DNA of 64,000 bases from Streptosporangiaceae bacterium (GCA_036495585.1 DASXMP010000127.1:12749-76748); one strand, 5' to 3'. Counted from the first letter of the stretch, positions 1 through 10,576 are shown. Translations and numbers: made by a program. The notes: a model not told the origin generated them from the sequence alone.

Positions 1-1
1 C

Positions 2-397
2 GTTGACGGCTGGTGGCGCGCGCTGGGCATGCTCCAGGGCCTGCTGCTTGGCTGCGTGCTAGTGGGCACGGCCTGGTTCGCAGCGCTGATGGTCTTCGGC
101 GTCGCTCGGGTCGGATCGAATGTGCCGGGGATCTTCACTGGGCACCGATTCATCGCGGCCGCGGTGGGGCTCGTCGCGATCGGGCTGATCGGTGGCGCGG
201 TGACCGCCAGGCTTGGCATGCGGCGCGTTCAGAACTCCACCGAGCGCCAGCGGGAGCTCGTGACCGAGGAGATCAGCCAGCGGATGGCCGGCGTTGCCGC
301 CGATCTGGTGATAGCCCCGGCCGACTTCGAGATAGCCGAGTTCCATCAGTTCCGCGCCGTGGTGCGGGCGGCAGCTGAGGACGACTACTCGGGGTAG
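2..397 (+). CDS. 3' end of a membrane protein of unknown function (gene begins upstream of the window)
   Basis: The frame is open from the window edge to TAG at 395-397. Two hydrophobic helices (LLLGCVLVGTAWFAALMVFG, AAAVGLVAIGLIGGAV) precede a charged tail. GC3 is high. No family recognised. Confidence 0.4.
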   Translation, partial: VDGWWRALGMLQGLLLGCVLVGTAWFAALMVFGVARVGSNVPGIFTGHRFIAAAVGLVAIGLIGGAVTARLGMRRVQNSTERQRELVTEEISQRMAGVAADLVIAPADFEIAEFHQFRAVVRAAAEDDYSG

Positions 398-663
398 ACC
401 CGGCGGATCATCCCACCATCGCGCCAGTGCTGCTGCCGCTTGTCCACAGGATCCGCGGCGCGGCGAAGTTGTGCACAGGCCCACGTTCGGCGCGGCAGCG
501 CTCGACGCGATCGGCGGATCCTGGACAGGCCGACGAGAAGCACGGCACTTACACGCGGCGCTGACAGCAAGGCACGGAGCACCCCGCCGACAGCACGGGC
601 TGTCAGCGGGATGATGCGCTCGCCCTGCTGTCTGGGTGCCGCCGGCAGCCAGGAGGTCTGATC

Positions 664-1302
664 ATGATCAACGACTCGTACTTCAGTGTGTCGGGATACA
701 TCGCTACCCAGCCGGTGTCGGGCATGACAGCCGGCGGCGTGCCGACCTTATCGATGCGGGTGGGCTGGACCCCGCGCCGCTACGACCGGGTGCTAGCGGA
801 GTGGACGGATGAGCCGAGTTCCTTCGTTAGCGTCCGCTGCTATCGCAAGCTGGCGGACAACGGCGCGGCCTGCCTGCGCAAGGGGGACCCCATCGTGCTC
901 AAGGGCACGCTGCGGGTTCGGGAGTTCACTGACGCCGCTGGCGCGAAGCGCAACGCGGTCGACGTCGTCGCCGACTTCATCGGGCACGACATGACCCGAG
1001 GCATCAGCAGCTTCAACAAGACCCTCGCCAGGCAGGCACAGACAGCACTCGAGGCGCTGCGGGCCGGACGTGCGGAGGCCGGCGGGGGACCGCTGCCGGG
1101 AGACCGCGACGATGCGGCAGCAAGCGGTCCAGTGGACGGTCAGGACGATCAGCTCGCCACCGGATCTGGCCCGGGTGGCCGGGAGCTGAGCGGTCCGGCA
1201 GCCGACGGGCTAGAGGACCCGGACGACGAGGAGGCCTTCGACGACGACGAGGCAGCAGAGTTGCTGGCGGATGGCAGCGAGCCGGCCGTGTTGTCAGGCT
1301 GA
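664..1302 (+). CDS. ssb: Single-stranded DNA-binding protein paralogue (OB fold plus acidic tail)
   Basis: AGGAGG lies 7 nt upstream of the ATG. The first ~115 aa align by eye to the bacterial SSB OB fold (FVSVRCYRKLADN, KGDPIVLKGTLRVREF, AVDVVADFIGHDM). A G/P/D-rich linker and an acidic tail (DDEEAFDDDE) follow. Confidence 0.75.
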   Translation: MINDSYFSVSGYIATQPVSGMTAGGVPTLSMRVGWTPRRYDRVLAEWTDEPSSFVSVRCYRKLADNGAACLRKGDPIVLKGTLRVREFTDAAGAKRNAVDVVADFIGHDMTRGISSFNKTLARQAQTALEALRAGRAEAGGGPLPGDRDDAAASGPVDGQDDQLATGSGPGGRELSGPAADGLEDPDDEEAFDDDEAAELLADGSEPAVLSG

Positions 1303-1390
1303 GGCGGGTGTGCCTCCACAACCGGGCCGGGCGGCAGCCTTGCGGTCGGCCGGCCCGGCTCGGGTGCCGCATGAGCGTGGTGACGGAGCA

Positions 1391-1570
1391 GGCAGATCGG
1401 CGTGGTGACCGGGCGCTGGCGGATTGGCGTGGTGGTGACCGGCGGGTGGCGGATCGGCGTGGAGACCGGCCCAGGTGCGCGATCTGCGTGTCTAGTGACC
1501 GGGCGGGTGTCGGATCGGCGCGGTGACCGGCCCTGGTGCGCGATCTGCGTGTCTGGCGACCGGCCGGTTC
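1391..1570. repeat. Six contiguous degenerate ~30-bp tandem repeats with a GTGACCGG core in the ettA upstream region
   Basis: GTGACC or a near copy occurs at 1405, 1435, 1464, 1495, 1523 and 1556. Segments 1464-1500 and 1525-1561 are near-identical, giving a 61-bp higher-order period. Confidence 0.85.
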
Positions 1571-1603
1571 GAAGCCGGGCGCGGTTGCCCCTACCCTGGT
1601 GAC

Positions 1604-3268
1604 ATGCCGGAGTTCGTCTATCAGATGAGCCGTGTCCGTAAGGCGCACGGCGACAAGGTCATTCTCGATGACGTCACGCTTGCGTTCTTGCCAGGAGCGA
1701 AGATCGGCGTGGTGGGGCCGAACGGGATGGGGAAGTCCACCCTGCTGCGCATGATGGCGGGCACCGAGCAGCCATCGAACGGCGATGCGCGGCTGATGCC
1801 CGGCTTCAGCGTGGGGATCCTGGAGCAGGAACCCAAGCTGGATGAGTCCAAGACGGTGCTGGGCAACGTCGAGGAGGGCGTGGCAGAGACCAAGGCGCTG
1901 CTGGAGCGGTACAACCAGATCGCCGAGCAGATGGCCACCGATTACTCGGATGAGCTGCTGGAGGAGATGGGGCGGCTGCAGGAGCAGCTGGACCATCGGG
2001 ACGGCTGGGATCTGGATTCCCAGCTGGAGCAGGCGATGGACGCGCTGCGATGCCCCGCGCCGGATGCCGATGTCAGCGTGCTGTCGGGCGGTGAGCGGCG
2101 GCGGGTGGCGTTGTGCACGCTCTTGCTTGCCCAGCCGGATCTGCTGCTCTTGGATGAGCCGACCAACCACCTGGACGCCGAATCCGTGCAGTGGCTGGAG
2201 CAGCATCTGGAGAAGTACCCGGGAACAGTGGTCGCGGTCACTCACGACCGGTACTTCCTGGACAACGTGGCGGGCTGGATCCTGGAGCTGGACCGCGGGC
2301 ACGCCTATCCGTACGAGGGGAACTACTCGACGTACCTGGAGACCAAGGCGGCGCGGCTGAAAGTCGAGGGCGCCAAGGACGCCAAGAAGCGGCGGCGGCT
2401 CGAGGACGAGCTGGAGTGGGTCCGCTCGAGCCCGCGGGCGCGGCAGGCTAAGTCGAGGGCCCGGCTGCAGCGGTATGAGGAGATGGCCGCGGAAGCGGAT
2501 GCCAACCGCAAGCTGGACTTCGAGGAGATCCAGATCCCGCCGGGGCCGCGGCTGGGTACCCAGGTGGTCCAGGTGGATGGCCTGTCGAAGGGGTTCGGGG
2601 ACCGGGAGCTGCTTGAGGACCTGTCCTTCAGCCTGCCCCAGGGCGGCATCGTGGGAGTGATCGGCCCGAACGGGGTCGGTAAGACCACCCTGTTCAAGAT
2701 GGTCGTCGGCGAGGAACAGCCCGACGCCGGCAAGATCACCATCGGCGACACCGTCCAGATCGCCTACGTCGATCAAGCCAGGGGCAGGATCGATCCGGAC
2801 AAGAACGTCTGGGAGGTTATCTCCGACGGCGAGAGCTACATCACGGCAGGCAAGACCGAGATCCCGAGTCGTGCGTATGTAGCCGCGTTCGGGTTCAAGG
2901 GCAGCGACCAGCAAAAACCCGCCGGGATCTTGTCGGGCGGCGAGCGCAACCGGGTGAACCTCGCGCTGACCCTGAAGCAGGGCGGCAACCTCCTGCTGCT
3001 GGACGAGCCCACCAACGACCTGGACGTGGAGACGCTGTCGTCGCTGGAGAACGCGCTGCTGGAGTTTCCCGGCTGCGCCGTTATCACCAGCCACGACCGG
3101 TGGTTCCTGGACCGGATCGCCACCCACATCCTGGCCTGGGAAGGCGGCGCGAACTGGTTCTGGTTCGAGGGCAACTTCGACGCCTACGAAAAGAACAAGG
3201 TCGACCGCCTGGGCGCGGAGGCGGCTCGTCCGCACCGGGTCACCTACCGCAAGCTCACCAGAGGCTGA
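1604..3268 (+). CDS. ettA: Energy-dependent translational throttle protein EttA (ABC-F ATPase)
   Basis: N-terminus MPEFVYQMSRVRKAHGDK. Two ABC cassettes are present: GPNGMGKST/LSGGERRRVAL and GPNGVGKTT/LSGGERNRVNL. There is no TM domain. ATG 1604 is chosen over the track start at 1523, which lies inside the repeat array. Confidence 0.95.
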   Translation: MPEFVYQMSRVRKAHGDKVILDDVTLAFLPGAKIGVVGPNGMGKSTLLRMMAGTEQPSNGDARLMPGFSVGILEQEPKLDESKTVLGNVEEGVAETKALLERYNQIAEQMATDYSDELLEEMGRLQEQLDHRDGWDLDSQLEQAMDALRCPAPDADVSVLSGGERRRVALCTLLLAQPDLLLLDEPTNHLDAESVQWLEQHLEKYPGTVVAVTHDRYFLDNVAGWILELDRGHAYPYEGNYSTYLETKAARLKVEGAKDAKKRRRLEDELEWVRSSPRARQAKSRARLQRYEEMAAEADANRKLDFEEIQIPPGPRLGTQVVQVDGLSKGFGDRELLEDLSFSLPQGGIVGVIGPNGVGKTTLFKMVVGEEQPDAGKITIGDTVQIAYVDQARGRIDPDKNVWEVISDGESYITAGKTEIPSRAYVAAFGFKGSDQQKPAGILSGGERNRVNLALTLKQGGNLLLLDEPTNDLDVETLSSLENALLEFPGCAVITSHDRWFLDRIATHILAWEGGANWFWFEGNFDAYEKNKVDRLGAEAARPHRVTYRKLTRG

Positions 3269-3289
3269 GTTGGCACCTGCCGTGAGATC

Positions 3290-5782
3290 ATGACGACGAC
3301 CGGTGCGCCGGGCGCCGCCGAGTCCAGGCTGCCGTCCCGGGCGCAGGCAGTCGTGGTGGGCGGCGGGATCATCGGGACATCGGTTGCCTACCACCTCGCC
3401 CACCTGGGCATGCGGGACGTCGTCCTGCTGGAGCGCGACCGCCTGACCTCAGGCACGACCTGGCATGCGGCCGGGCTGATGGCCACATTCGGCTCGACTT
3501 CACAGACATCAACTGAGCTCCGCCAGTACAGCCGCGACCTGTACCTGCGGCTGGAGGCCGAGACCGGGCTGGCCACCGGGATGCGCCAGGTCGGCCTGAT
3601 CGAGCTGGCCGTCGAGCCCGGCCGGCTGGAGGAGTACCGGCGCGTCGCCGCGTTCAACCGGCACTGCGGCGTAGAGGTACACGAGATCAGCGCCCGTGAG
3701 GTCGCCGAATTGTGGCCACTGGCCCGGGCCGACGACGTGCTGGCGGGCTTCTACATTCCTGCCGACGGCCGGGTCAATCCGGTCGACGTCACGATGTCGC
3801 TCGCCCGAGGCGCCAGGATGCAGGGCGCGAGGATCATCGAGGACGTCCCGGTGACAGGATTCCGCACCCATCGCGGCACGGTCACTGGCGTGCAGACACC
3901 GCTCGGCGACATCGAGGCCGAGTACGTCATCAACTGCGCGGGCATGTGGGCCCGCCAGCTGGGCGAGCTGGCCGGCGTCAGCATCCCCCTGCAGGCGGCC
4001 GAGCACTACTACCTGCTGACCGAGCCCATCGCGGAGGTGAGCCGGGACTGGCCGGTGCTGGAGGATCCGGCGAACTACGGCTACTTCCGCGAAGAGGGCG
4101 GCGGCCTGATGCTCGGCATGTTCGAGCCGGTCTGCGCCCCGTGGCACGTGGACGGGATTCCGGCGGACTTCTCCTTCGGCGAGCTGCCGCCCGACTGGGA
4201 CCGGATGGGACCGTTCCTGGAAAAGACGATGTCCCGGATCCCCGTCTCCTCCCAGGTCGGCATCCGCAAGTTCTTCTGCGGCCCGGAGAGCTTCACCCCG
4301 GACCTGGCTCCCGTTGTCGGCGAGGCACCGGAGCTGCGCAACTACTTCGTCGCCGCCGGGCTCAACTCGATCGGCATCCTGACCGGCGGCGGCATCGGCC
4401 GGCTGCTGGCGCACTGGATCGCCACCGGGCGGCCGGACGCTGACGTCACCGGCATGAACATCGACCGGTTGCACCCCTACCAGGTCAACCCGGAATACCG
4501 GGCGACGCGCACGGTCGAGTCCCTCGGCATGGTCTACGCGACTCACTACCCCGGCCGGTCGCTGCAGACCGCCCGGGGGGCGCGCCTCTCGCCTCTGCAC
4601 GACCGCCTGGTGGCCGCTGGCGCCTACTTCCGCGACGTCAGCGGCTGGGAGAGCCCCGACTGGTACGCCCCTGACGGCGCCGGCCCGCAGCCACCCGAGC
4701 TCTCCTTCGGCCGTCAGCCCTGGTACTCGCGCTGGGAGGCAGAGCATCACGCCTGCCGGGACGAGGTCGCGCTCTTCGACATGTCCTTCATGGCCAAGTT
4801 CACTGTGCAGGGCCGCGACGCGGGCCGCGAGCTGGACCGGATCTCGGCCGGCCGCGTCGATGGTGAGCCGGGCCGGATCACCTACACCCAGTGGCTGAAC
4901 TCCGGCGGCCGGATCGAGGCCGACCTGACCGTGACCAAGCTGGCTGAGGATGAGTTCTACGTGGTGGCCTCCGACACGGCGCACCGCCATGCACTCACCT
5001 GGCTGCGGCGCCGCCTGGCCGAGACAGGCGCGCACGCCTTCGCCACGGATGTCAGCGGTGGTTATGCACTGCTGAGTGTCCAGGGGCCTCGTTCCCGTGC
5101 CTTGCTGGCAAGCGTTACCAGCGCCGACGTGAGCGATTTCACACTCCCTTACCGCGCCGCCCGGCAGATCGACATCGGGTTCGCGCGCGTGCTGTGCGTC
5201 CGGATCACTTACGTTGGCGAGCTCGGATACGAGTTGCACATCCCGGCCGAGCAGGCCGCGCACGTCTACGACCGCCTCGTGGCTGCGGGCCGCGACCTGG
5301 GACTGCGGCACGCGGGCCTGAAGGCACTTTCCAGCCTCCGCCTGGAAAAGGGATACCGGGACTACGGGCATGACATCGACAACACTGACACTCCGGCCGA
5401 GGCTGGGCTTGGCTTCGCACTGGCGGTATCGAAGCCGGGCGGCTTCATTGGCCGGGACGAAGTCATCGCGCAGCGCGCCGCTGGCACGCCTGGCAGGCGG
5501 CTGGTCCAGGTGCTGCTGACCGACCCGGATCCACTGCTGTTCCACGCGGAGATCGTCCGCCGCGATGGTAGCGAGGTTGGGTACCTCCGCGCTGCCTCCT
5601 ACGGCTGGACGCTGGGCGGCGCGGTTGGGCTTGCCATGGTCGACTCCGGCGGCACGGGACCAGTCGATCAGGAGTACCTCGACTCCGCCCACTGGAGCGT
5701 CCAGATCGGCGATTCGATCGTGCCAGCGCGGGTGTCGCTCCGGCCCTTCTACGACCCTGAGGGCAAGCGCATCCGGATGTAG
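3290..5782 (+). CDS. FAD-dependent oxidoreductase fused to a GcvT-type folate-binding aminomethyltransferase domain (dimethylglycine/sarcosine dehydrogenase family)
   Basis: The N-terminal Rossmann motif VVVGGGIIGTSVAYHL indicates a DAO-type domain. The C-terminal ~400 aa resemble the GcvT fold (FDMSFMAKFTVQG, GELGYELHIP). Total length is 830 aa. Confidence 0.8.
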   Translation: MTTTGAPGAAESRLPSRAQAVVVGGGIIGTSVAYHLAHLGMRDVVLLERDRLTSGTTWHAAGLMATFGSTSQTSTELRQYSRDLYLRLEAETGLATGMRQVGLIELAVEPGRLEEYRRVAAFNRHCGVEVHEISAREVAELWPLARADDVLAGFYIPADGRVNPVDVTMSLARGARMQGARIIEDVPVTGFRTHRGTVTGVQTPLGDIEAEYVINCAGMWARQLGELAGVSIPLQAAEHYYLLTEPIAEVSRDWPVLEDPANYGYFREEGGGLMLGMFEPVCAPWHVDGIPADFSFGELPPDWDRMGPFLEKTMSRIPVSSQVGIRKFFCGPESFTPDLAPVVGEAPELRNYFVAAGLNSIGILTGGGIGRLLAHWIATGRPDADVTGMNIDRLHPYQVNPEYRATRTVESLGMVYATHYPGRSLQTARGARLSPLHDRLVAAGAYFRDVSGWESPDWYAPDGAGPQPPELSFGRQPWYSRWEAEHHACRDEVALFDMSFMAKFTVQGRDAGRELDRISAGRVDGEPGRITYTQWLNSGGRIEADLTVTKLAEDEFYVVASDTAHRHALTWLRRRLAETGAHAFATDVSGGYALLSVQGPRSRALLASVTSADVSDFTLPYRAARQIDIGFARVLCVRITYVGELGYELHIPAEQAAHVYDRLVAAGRDLGLRHAGLKALSSLRLEKGYRDYGHDIDNTDTPAEAGLGFALAVSKPGGFIGRDEVIAQRAAGTPGRRLVQVLLTDPDPLLFHAEIVRRDGSEVGYLRAASYGWTLGGAVGLAMVDSGGTGPVDQEYLDSAHWSVQIGDSIVPARVSLRPFYDPEGKRIRM

Positions 5783-5846
5783 CACGGCTGGCGTTCGACC
5801 GGCTTGCAACACTAGGGTTAAGCCGGGGCAAAGACCTTCTTTCCGC

Positions 5847-5866
5847 CGTAGTCGTTTGCGACTACG
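5847..5866 (+). terminator. Small hairpin downstream of the dehydrogenase gene
   Basis: cgtagtcg-tttg-cgactacg forms an 8-bp stem with a 4-nt loop, 65 nt after the stop codon. There is no clear U-tract. Confidence 0.3.
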
Positions 5867-5940
5867 CCCTCATCCTCAGATACTGGGACGCGCACCTTCT
5901 TGCCTGGCACTACCGTGGCACCGCCAACGCCTGGTCCAGG

Positions 5941-7704
5941 ATGCCGAGAATCCCCGCGGCTGGAGGCCCAGCAGTGACACAGGACGTCTACTCAGGAGCC
6001 GGTGGCCTGGCTCCGGGAGACCGCCTGGCTGGGTACCTGATTCAGGACAGGATCGGCCGGGGCGGGATGGCAGTCGTCTACCGCGCCACGGACTTGCGCC
6101 TGGGTCGCACCGTCGCGCTCAAGGTGCTGTCACCACGGCTGGGCGACGATGACGCCTTCCGGCAGCGGTTCATTCGCGAGTCCCGCGCGGCCGCGGGCGT
6201 CGATCACCCGCACATCGTGCCGGTCTTCGAGGCAGGCGAGGCGGCCGGCATGCTCTTCATCGTGATGCGCTATGTGGACCGCGGTGACATCCGCCGGCTC
6301 ATCCAGGCGCAGGGCTGGCTCAGCCCGAAGCGGACCGCCGTCATCACGACACAGGTGGCGGCCGCTCTGGACGCGGCGCACGCCCAGGGACTGGTGCACC
6401 GCGATGTCAAGCCGGGCAACATTCTGCTGACGCGGGCTGGCGACGGGTCCGACCACGCCTACCTGTCGGACTTTGGCCTCAGCAAGCACAGTGTGAGCAC
6501 GTCCACGCTCACGGCGGCTGGCCAGTTCCTCGGCACGCTGGATTACGTCTCGCCGGAGCAGATTCAGGGGAACCACGTCGACGGCCGCGCCGACCAGTAC
6601 GCGCTGGCCTGCACGGTGGTGGAGATGCTCACCGGCCAGCCGCCGTTCCACCGCGACGACAACATGCAGCTCATGTGGGCGCAGTTGGAGGAGCCCCCGC
6701 CCAGCCTGCTGGCGCGTCGCCCGGATCTGCCGCCCGCGGTCGACCACGTCCTGGCAGCTGCCCTCGACAAGTCGCCGGGCGGCCGCTATCCGACCTGCGC
6801 TGCGTTCGCGGCGTCATTGGCCGCCGCCTGCGGCGCCTCGCGGGCGGCCGCGCTGCCAGCCGGGCGGACGCAGGGGGCCTCGGGCAGTTTCCCAGCCCGG
6901 CACGCCGGGCCAGACGGCAGGGACCAGCCTGCCTCAGCCAGGCAGCCGCGGCCCCCGGGCGCCGAGCCGGGGTACACCGAGCCGGGGTATGCCGAGCCGA
7001 CGGGATATGCCGCGCGGTCTGCCTACGGCGAGCGGTCTGCCTATGCGGAGCGACCTGCGTATGCCGAGCCCGCGGGCCACGGCGAGCCGGGGTACGGCGA
7101 GCCGACGGGGTATGCCGGGCGGCCAGGCTATGCCGCCCAGGGGCCCGGCACCGGCCAGGAGGACTTCAGCGATGCCCCGCCGACGGCGTACGACGACCTC
7201 TACCGGAGCGGGCGCCAGACCCAGGCTGGCAGCGCCGGGCCACCTGGCGGTCCGCGGCGTGGCCGCCGGAGCCGGCCCAGGAAGCAAAACCAGCTGCTGG
7301 CCGCCGTAACGGTTGTGGTCGGGGTGCTGGCCATAGCGTTCATCGGCTACAAGATCTTTCATCACTCGGCGCCTGCCGCTGCCACGCCGCCGGCGCATGC
7401 TTCCACGCAGACCGGCCCGCAGCTGGCCCCGGCGGCTACCGTCCGGGCCTACTTCACCGCCATCAACCGGCACCGCTATGCGGCCGCGTGGCGGATAAGC
7501 GGCGAGCAGGAGTCGCTCAGCGCGTTCACGGCCGGGCTGGCCGGTACCAAGCATGACACCATCAAGATCCTCGGCACCAACGGTCAGGTGGTGAGCGCCC
7601 GGCTGGTCGCGACCCAGACAGACGGCAGCGTTAAGAAGTTCAGCGGGACCTATACCGTGTCGGACGGCAAGATCGTCAAGGCGAACATCCAGCAAACCAG
7701 CTGA
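5941..7704 (+). CDS. Ser/Thr protein kinase (Hanks type) with a repeat-rich linker, one TM helix and a small extracytoplasmic C-terminal domain
   Basis: Kinase motifs GRGGMAVVYRA, ALKVL, HRDVKPGNILL, DFGLS and VSPEQ are present. The TM helix is LLAAVTVVVGVLAIAFIGY. The exact start is uncertain. Confidence 0.9.
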   Translation: MPRIPAAGGPAVTQDVYSGAGGLAPGDRLAGYLIQDRIGRGGMAVVYRATDLRLGRTVALKVLSPRLGDDDAFRQRFIRESRAAAGVDHPHIVPVFEAGEAAGMLFIVMRYVDRGDIRRLIQAQGWLSPKRTAVITTQVAAALDAAHAQGLVHRDVKPGNILLTRAGDGSDHAYLSDFGLSKHSVSTSTLTAAGQFLGTLDYVSPEQIQGNHVDGRADQYALACTVVEMLTGQPPFHRDDNMQLMWAQLEEPPPSLLARRPDLPPAVDHVLAAALDKSPGGRYPTCAAFAASLAAACGASRAAALPAGRTQGASGSFPARHAGPDGRDQPASARQPRPPGAEPGYTEPGYAEPTGYAARSAYGERSAYAERPAYAEPAGHGEPGYGEPTGYAGRPGYAAQGPGTGQEDFSDAPPTAYDDLYRSGRQTQAGSAGPPGGPRRGRRSRPRKQNQLLAAVTVVVGVLAIAFIGYKIFHHSAPAAATPPAHASTQTGPQLAPAATVRAYFTAINRHRYAAAWRISGEQESLSAFTAGLAGTKHDTIKILGTNGQVVSARLVATQTDGSVKKFSGTYTVSDGKIVKANIQQTS

Positions 7705-7766
7705 CAGGTCCTGGCCGATGCTGCCCGGCCCACCCAGGTTCGGCGTCCGCGAGGGACAGACCGAGG

Positions 7767-8189
7767 TCAGGCGGGGGTCAGACCGAGGTCGGGGCCGCCG
7801 TGGACAGGCTGGTTCACCAGGCTGTGCGCCGCCATCACCAGGTAGTTCCAGAGCTCAGCGTCGTGCGCCGGGTCGAGCTCCAGCTCGTCCAGAGCCGTCC
7901 GCATGTGCCGCAGCCAGCCGTCCCGCTCGGCCTCGCCGATGGTGAAATGGACGTGCCGCATCCGCAGCCGAGGGTGACCGCGCCGCTCGTTGTAGGTGGC
8001 CGGGCCGCCCCAGTACTGGATCAGGAAGAGCCGCAGGTGCTCCTCCGCGGGTCCGAGGTCCTTGCTCGGGTACACCGCCCTGAGCTCGGGGTCTGCCGCG
8101 ACCTCCTGGTAGAACCTGTGCACCAGGCGCCGGAACGTCGGCTCCCCGCCGATGGCCTCGTACAGGCTGACTTCGTCCGTATCGGTCAT
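7767..8189 (-). CDS. glbO: Group II truncated haemoglobin (trHbO)
   Basis: Near-colinear by eye with mycobacterial GlbO (FYxxVxxDxxLRxVYP, [29 protein letters not shown], MAAHSLVN). Confidence 0.9.
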   Translation of the reverse strand: MTDTDEVSLYEAIGGEPTFRRLVHRFYQEVAADPELRAVYPSKDLGPAEEHLRLFLIQYWGGPATYNERRGHPRLRMRHVHFTIGEAERDGWLRHMRTALDELELDPAHDAELWNYLVMAAHSLVNQPVHGGPDLGLTPA

Positions 8190-8252
8190 AGCGCCTCTAG
8201 CCTAGCCGGGCCGCCGACCCGCCCAGCCACCGCAGCAGCGGCCGGGCTCCGG

Positions 8253-10409
8253 TCAGCCGATCGCCAGTCCGGTCTGCGCGGCGACGAAGGCCAGGCTGTC
8301 GGCCTGCAGTCCGATCGTCCGGCTGACGGCACGCGCCCCGTGGCCGACCTGCGCTTCCCGCCGCAGCAGGATGGGCCGCTGATCGGGCGGCGCGGTGGTC
8401 GCGTGCTGCAGGGCCGCGCACATCTTCCGGCCGTGCATCGGGTCCACGCGGGTATCCCCGTCGAAGATCGTGAACAGCACTGCCGGGTAGGCAACTCCGT
8501 CGCGCACATGGTGATAAGGCGAGTAGGACATCAGCCAGCCGAACTCCTCCGGGTCGGCGGCGCGACCGAATTCGTCGTTCCACGTCTCGCCGAGGCCGAA
8601 CCGCTCGTACCTGATCATGTCCAGTAGTGGTGCCGAGCAGACGGCGGCAGCGCTCAGGTCCGGCCGCTGGGTCACGAAGGAACCGACTAGCAGGCCGCCG
8701 TTCGAGCCACCCCAGACCGCGAGCTGGTCGCGGCTGGTCCACCCGTCACTGATCAGCTTCTCGGCGGCCGCCTGGAAGTCGTCGAAGACGTTCTGCTTGT
8801 GGGCCCGCATGCCCGCCCGGTGCCACTGCTCGCCTTCCTCGCTGCCGCCGCGCAGGTTGGCGATGGCGTACACGCCGCCCGCCTCGACCCAGGCCAGCAT
8901 GCTGGCCGCGAAGGCAGGCGTCAGGCTGACGTTGAAGCCACCGTATCCGTAAAGAATGGCTGGCCGCTTTCTACCGGGAACGGCTCCCGCGTCGCTCTCG
9001 GCCGCCGGAACCGCGCCGCCGGCTCCGTCATTGGCTGGCGCGCCCGAGAGGACGACCATCCTGATCGGCGTCCCGTCGGCCGAACGGCAGGTGACCTGCG
9101 CTGCCCGCACGGCCGGGATCTCGATCGCGCCCGGGGCCCGCTCCCAGACGGTTGCCTCGCCCGTGCTTGCGTCGTACCGGAGCACCAGGCCCGGCGTGGT
9201 GTAGTCGGTGTAGCCGAACCATGCCTCATGCCCGCCTTCCGGCCGTTCCTGCAGGGCGCCGATGGTGCCAAGGCCCGGCAGCGCCACGGTGCCGGCCGGC
9301 TGGCCGGTAGCCAGGTCGTGCACGGTGACCTCGCTGATGGCGTGCCGGGTCCGGGTCGCCAGCAGCACCGGGGCGGGTGCGCCGGGTCCGTCCAGGATCG
9401 CGAAGTCGGTGAGCACCGCCTCGCTGTCTTCAGCGACCAGGTCGTGCCAGCTGGCCGGGGCTGGGAACGCCGGGTCACCCGGGTCGGCCACCGCCAGCCG
9501 CCACCGCGGCGCGTCCAGGTCGGTCAGCAAATAGAACCGGCCGTCGCGGCCAGCGAGCGCGGCCGTCTCCGCGTCGACGCCCTGCTGCAGGACCTGCAGG
9601 TCCGGCCGGGCCGGATCGGCTGCGCTCAGGTCGGCCACCCACACGTCGTTCCGCGGCGCCGTGCCCGCTGAGGCGCTGACGATCAGCCAGCGACCGTCCC
9701 GGCTGACCGATGCGTGATAGTAGTTCGTCTTCTCCAAGCCGGCGCCGAGGATCTCCGCGTCCTGGTCGGCGGCATCGCCGACACGGTGCAGGTACACCCG
9801 CCGGTGGAACTGCTCCTCGCCGGCCGGCACGGCCTCCGGCGCGAGCCGACGGCTGTAGTAGAAGCCGTCACCGCCGGGCAGCCAGGCCACCGCGGTGTAC
9901 CGGCAGCGGTCGATCGGACCGTCGACCAGCTCGCCGGTCGCCACGTCGATGATGCGCAGCATCGACTCCTCGCTGCCGCCCTCAGACAACTGGTAAGCCA
10001 GCAGCCGGCCCTCCTTGTCCGGCTGCCAGGTGTCCAGCGTGGTCGTGCCAGCCGGGTCGACCGCGATCGGGTCGACGAGGGCCCGCTCCCCGTCCGCTGC
10101 CGTCGCCACGTACAGGACCGCGTGCTCCTGACCGGACTCGCGCCGGGTGTAGAACTGCCGGTCGCCGCGCCAGACCGGTGCGCTGACCTCACCGGCCGCG
10201 AGCAGCTCAGCGAGCCTGGCCGCCAGCTTGTCCCGGCCGGGCAGGTCCGCCTCGTACCGGGCGTACAACTCGTCCTGCGCCTGCAGCCAGGCCTTCGACT
10301 GGTCGGTGTCGGGGTCCTCCAGCCAGCGGTACGGATCGGCCACCTGGCGGCCGTGGATGGTCTCGGTCTCGTCATTCCGCTCGGCCGCGGGATAGCTAGG
10401 CAGTGTCAT
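8253..10409 (-). CDS. Prolyl oligopeptidase (S9A serine peptidase)
   Basis: 718 aa. An N-terminal beta-propeller-type region is followed by a C-terminal alpha/beta hydrolase domain. The nucleophile elbow is GGSNGGLL, with late Asp and His (GHG). Confidence 0.9.
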   Translation of the reverse strand: MTLPSYPAAERNDETETIHGRQVADPYRWLEDPDTDQSKAWLQAQDELYARYEADLPGRDKLAARLAELLAAGEVSAPVWRGDRQFYTRRESGQEHAVLYVATAADGERALVDPIAVDPAGTTTLDTWQPDKEGRLLAYQLSEGGSEESMLRIIDVATGELVDGPIDRCRYTAVAWLPGGDGFYYSRRLAPEAVPAGEEQFHRRVYLHRVGDAADQDAEILGAGLEKTNYYHASVSRDGRWLIVSASAGTAPRNDVWVADLSAADPARPDLQVLQQGVDAETAALAGRDGRFYLLTDLDAPRWRLAVADPGDPAFPAPASWHDLVAEDSEAVLTDFAILDGPGAPAPVLLATRTRHAISEVTVHDLATGQPAGTVALPGLGTIGALQERPEGGHEAWFGYTDYTTPGLVLRYDASTGEATVWERAPGAIEIPAVRAAQVTCRSADGTPIRMVVLSGAPANDGAGGAVPAAESDAGAVPGRKRPAILYGYGGFNVSLTPAFAASMLAWVEAGGVYAIANLRGGSEEGEQWHRAGMRAHKQNVFDDFQAAAEKLISDGWTSRDQLAVWGGSNGGLLVGSFVTQRPDLSAAAVCSAPLLDMIRYERFGLGETWNDEFGRAADPEEFGWLMSYSPYHHVRDGVAYPAVLFTIFDGDTRVDPMHGRKMCAALQHATTAPPDQRPILLRREAQVGHGARAVSRTIGLQADSLAFVAAQTGLAIG

Positions 10410-10576
10410 ACCGCGACCCTATGTCCGCAAGCTTCCCGTCAACTCGTCACTTCGGTGAGGCATTTCGTGTTGGCGAATTGGGCTCCGGGCGGTCACACTT
10501 GTCACGGGTGCCCCGGCGGCACGTTGCTGGCGCGCGCGACAAGTTTGGTTCAGGCCCGTCCCGACGGGAGGTACAC

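Noticed and set aside
1391-1570. Possible CRISPR array upstream of ettA.
   Set aside because: The units are contiguous with no unique spacers. The repeats are degenerate rather than identical, and there are no cas genes in the window.
1563-1582. tRNA T-arm-like GGTTCGAAGCC.
   Set aside because: No acceptor, D or anticodon stems can be drawn around it, and it is part of the tandem repeat array.
1013-5812. Very long antisense ORFs (796 aa at 1013-3403 and 767 aa at 3509-5812 on the minus strand). Similar ones lie opposite other genes, for example 23872-25203, 28522-30228, 47895-50137 and 63118-63910.
   Set aside because: They lie exactly opposite genes with clear family motifs. Their products are Arg/Pro/Gly/Ala-rich low-complexity strings typical of stop-codon-poor shadow frames in high-GC DNA. 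None has a recognisable motif or a plausible SD.
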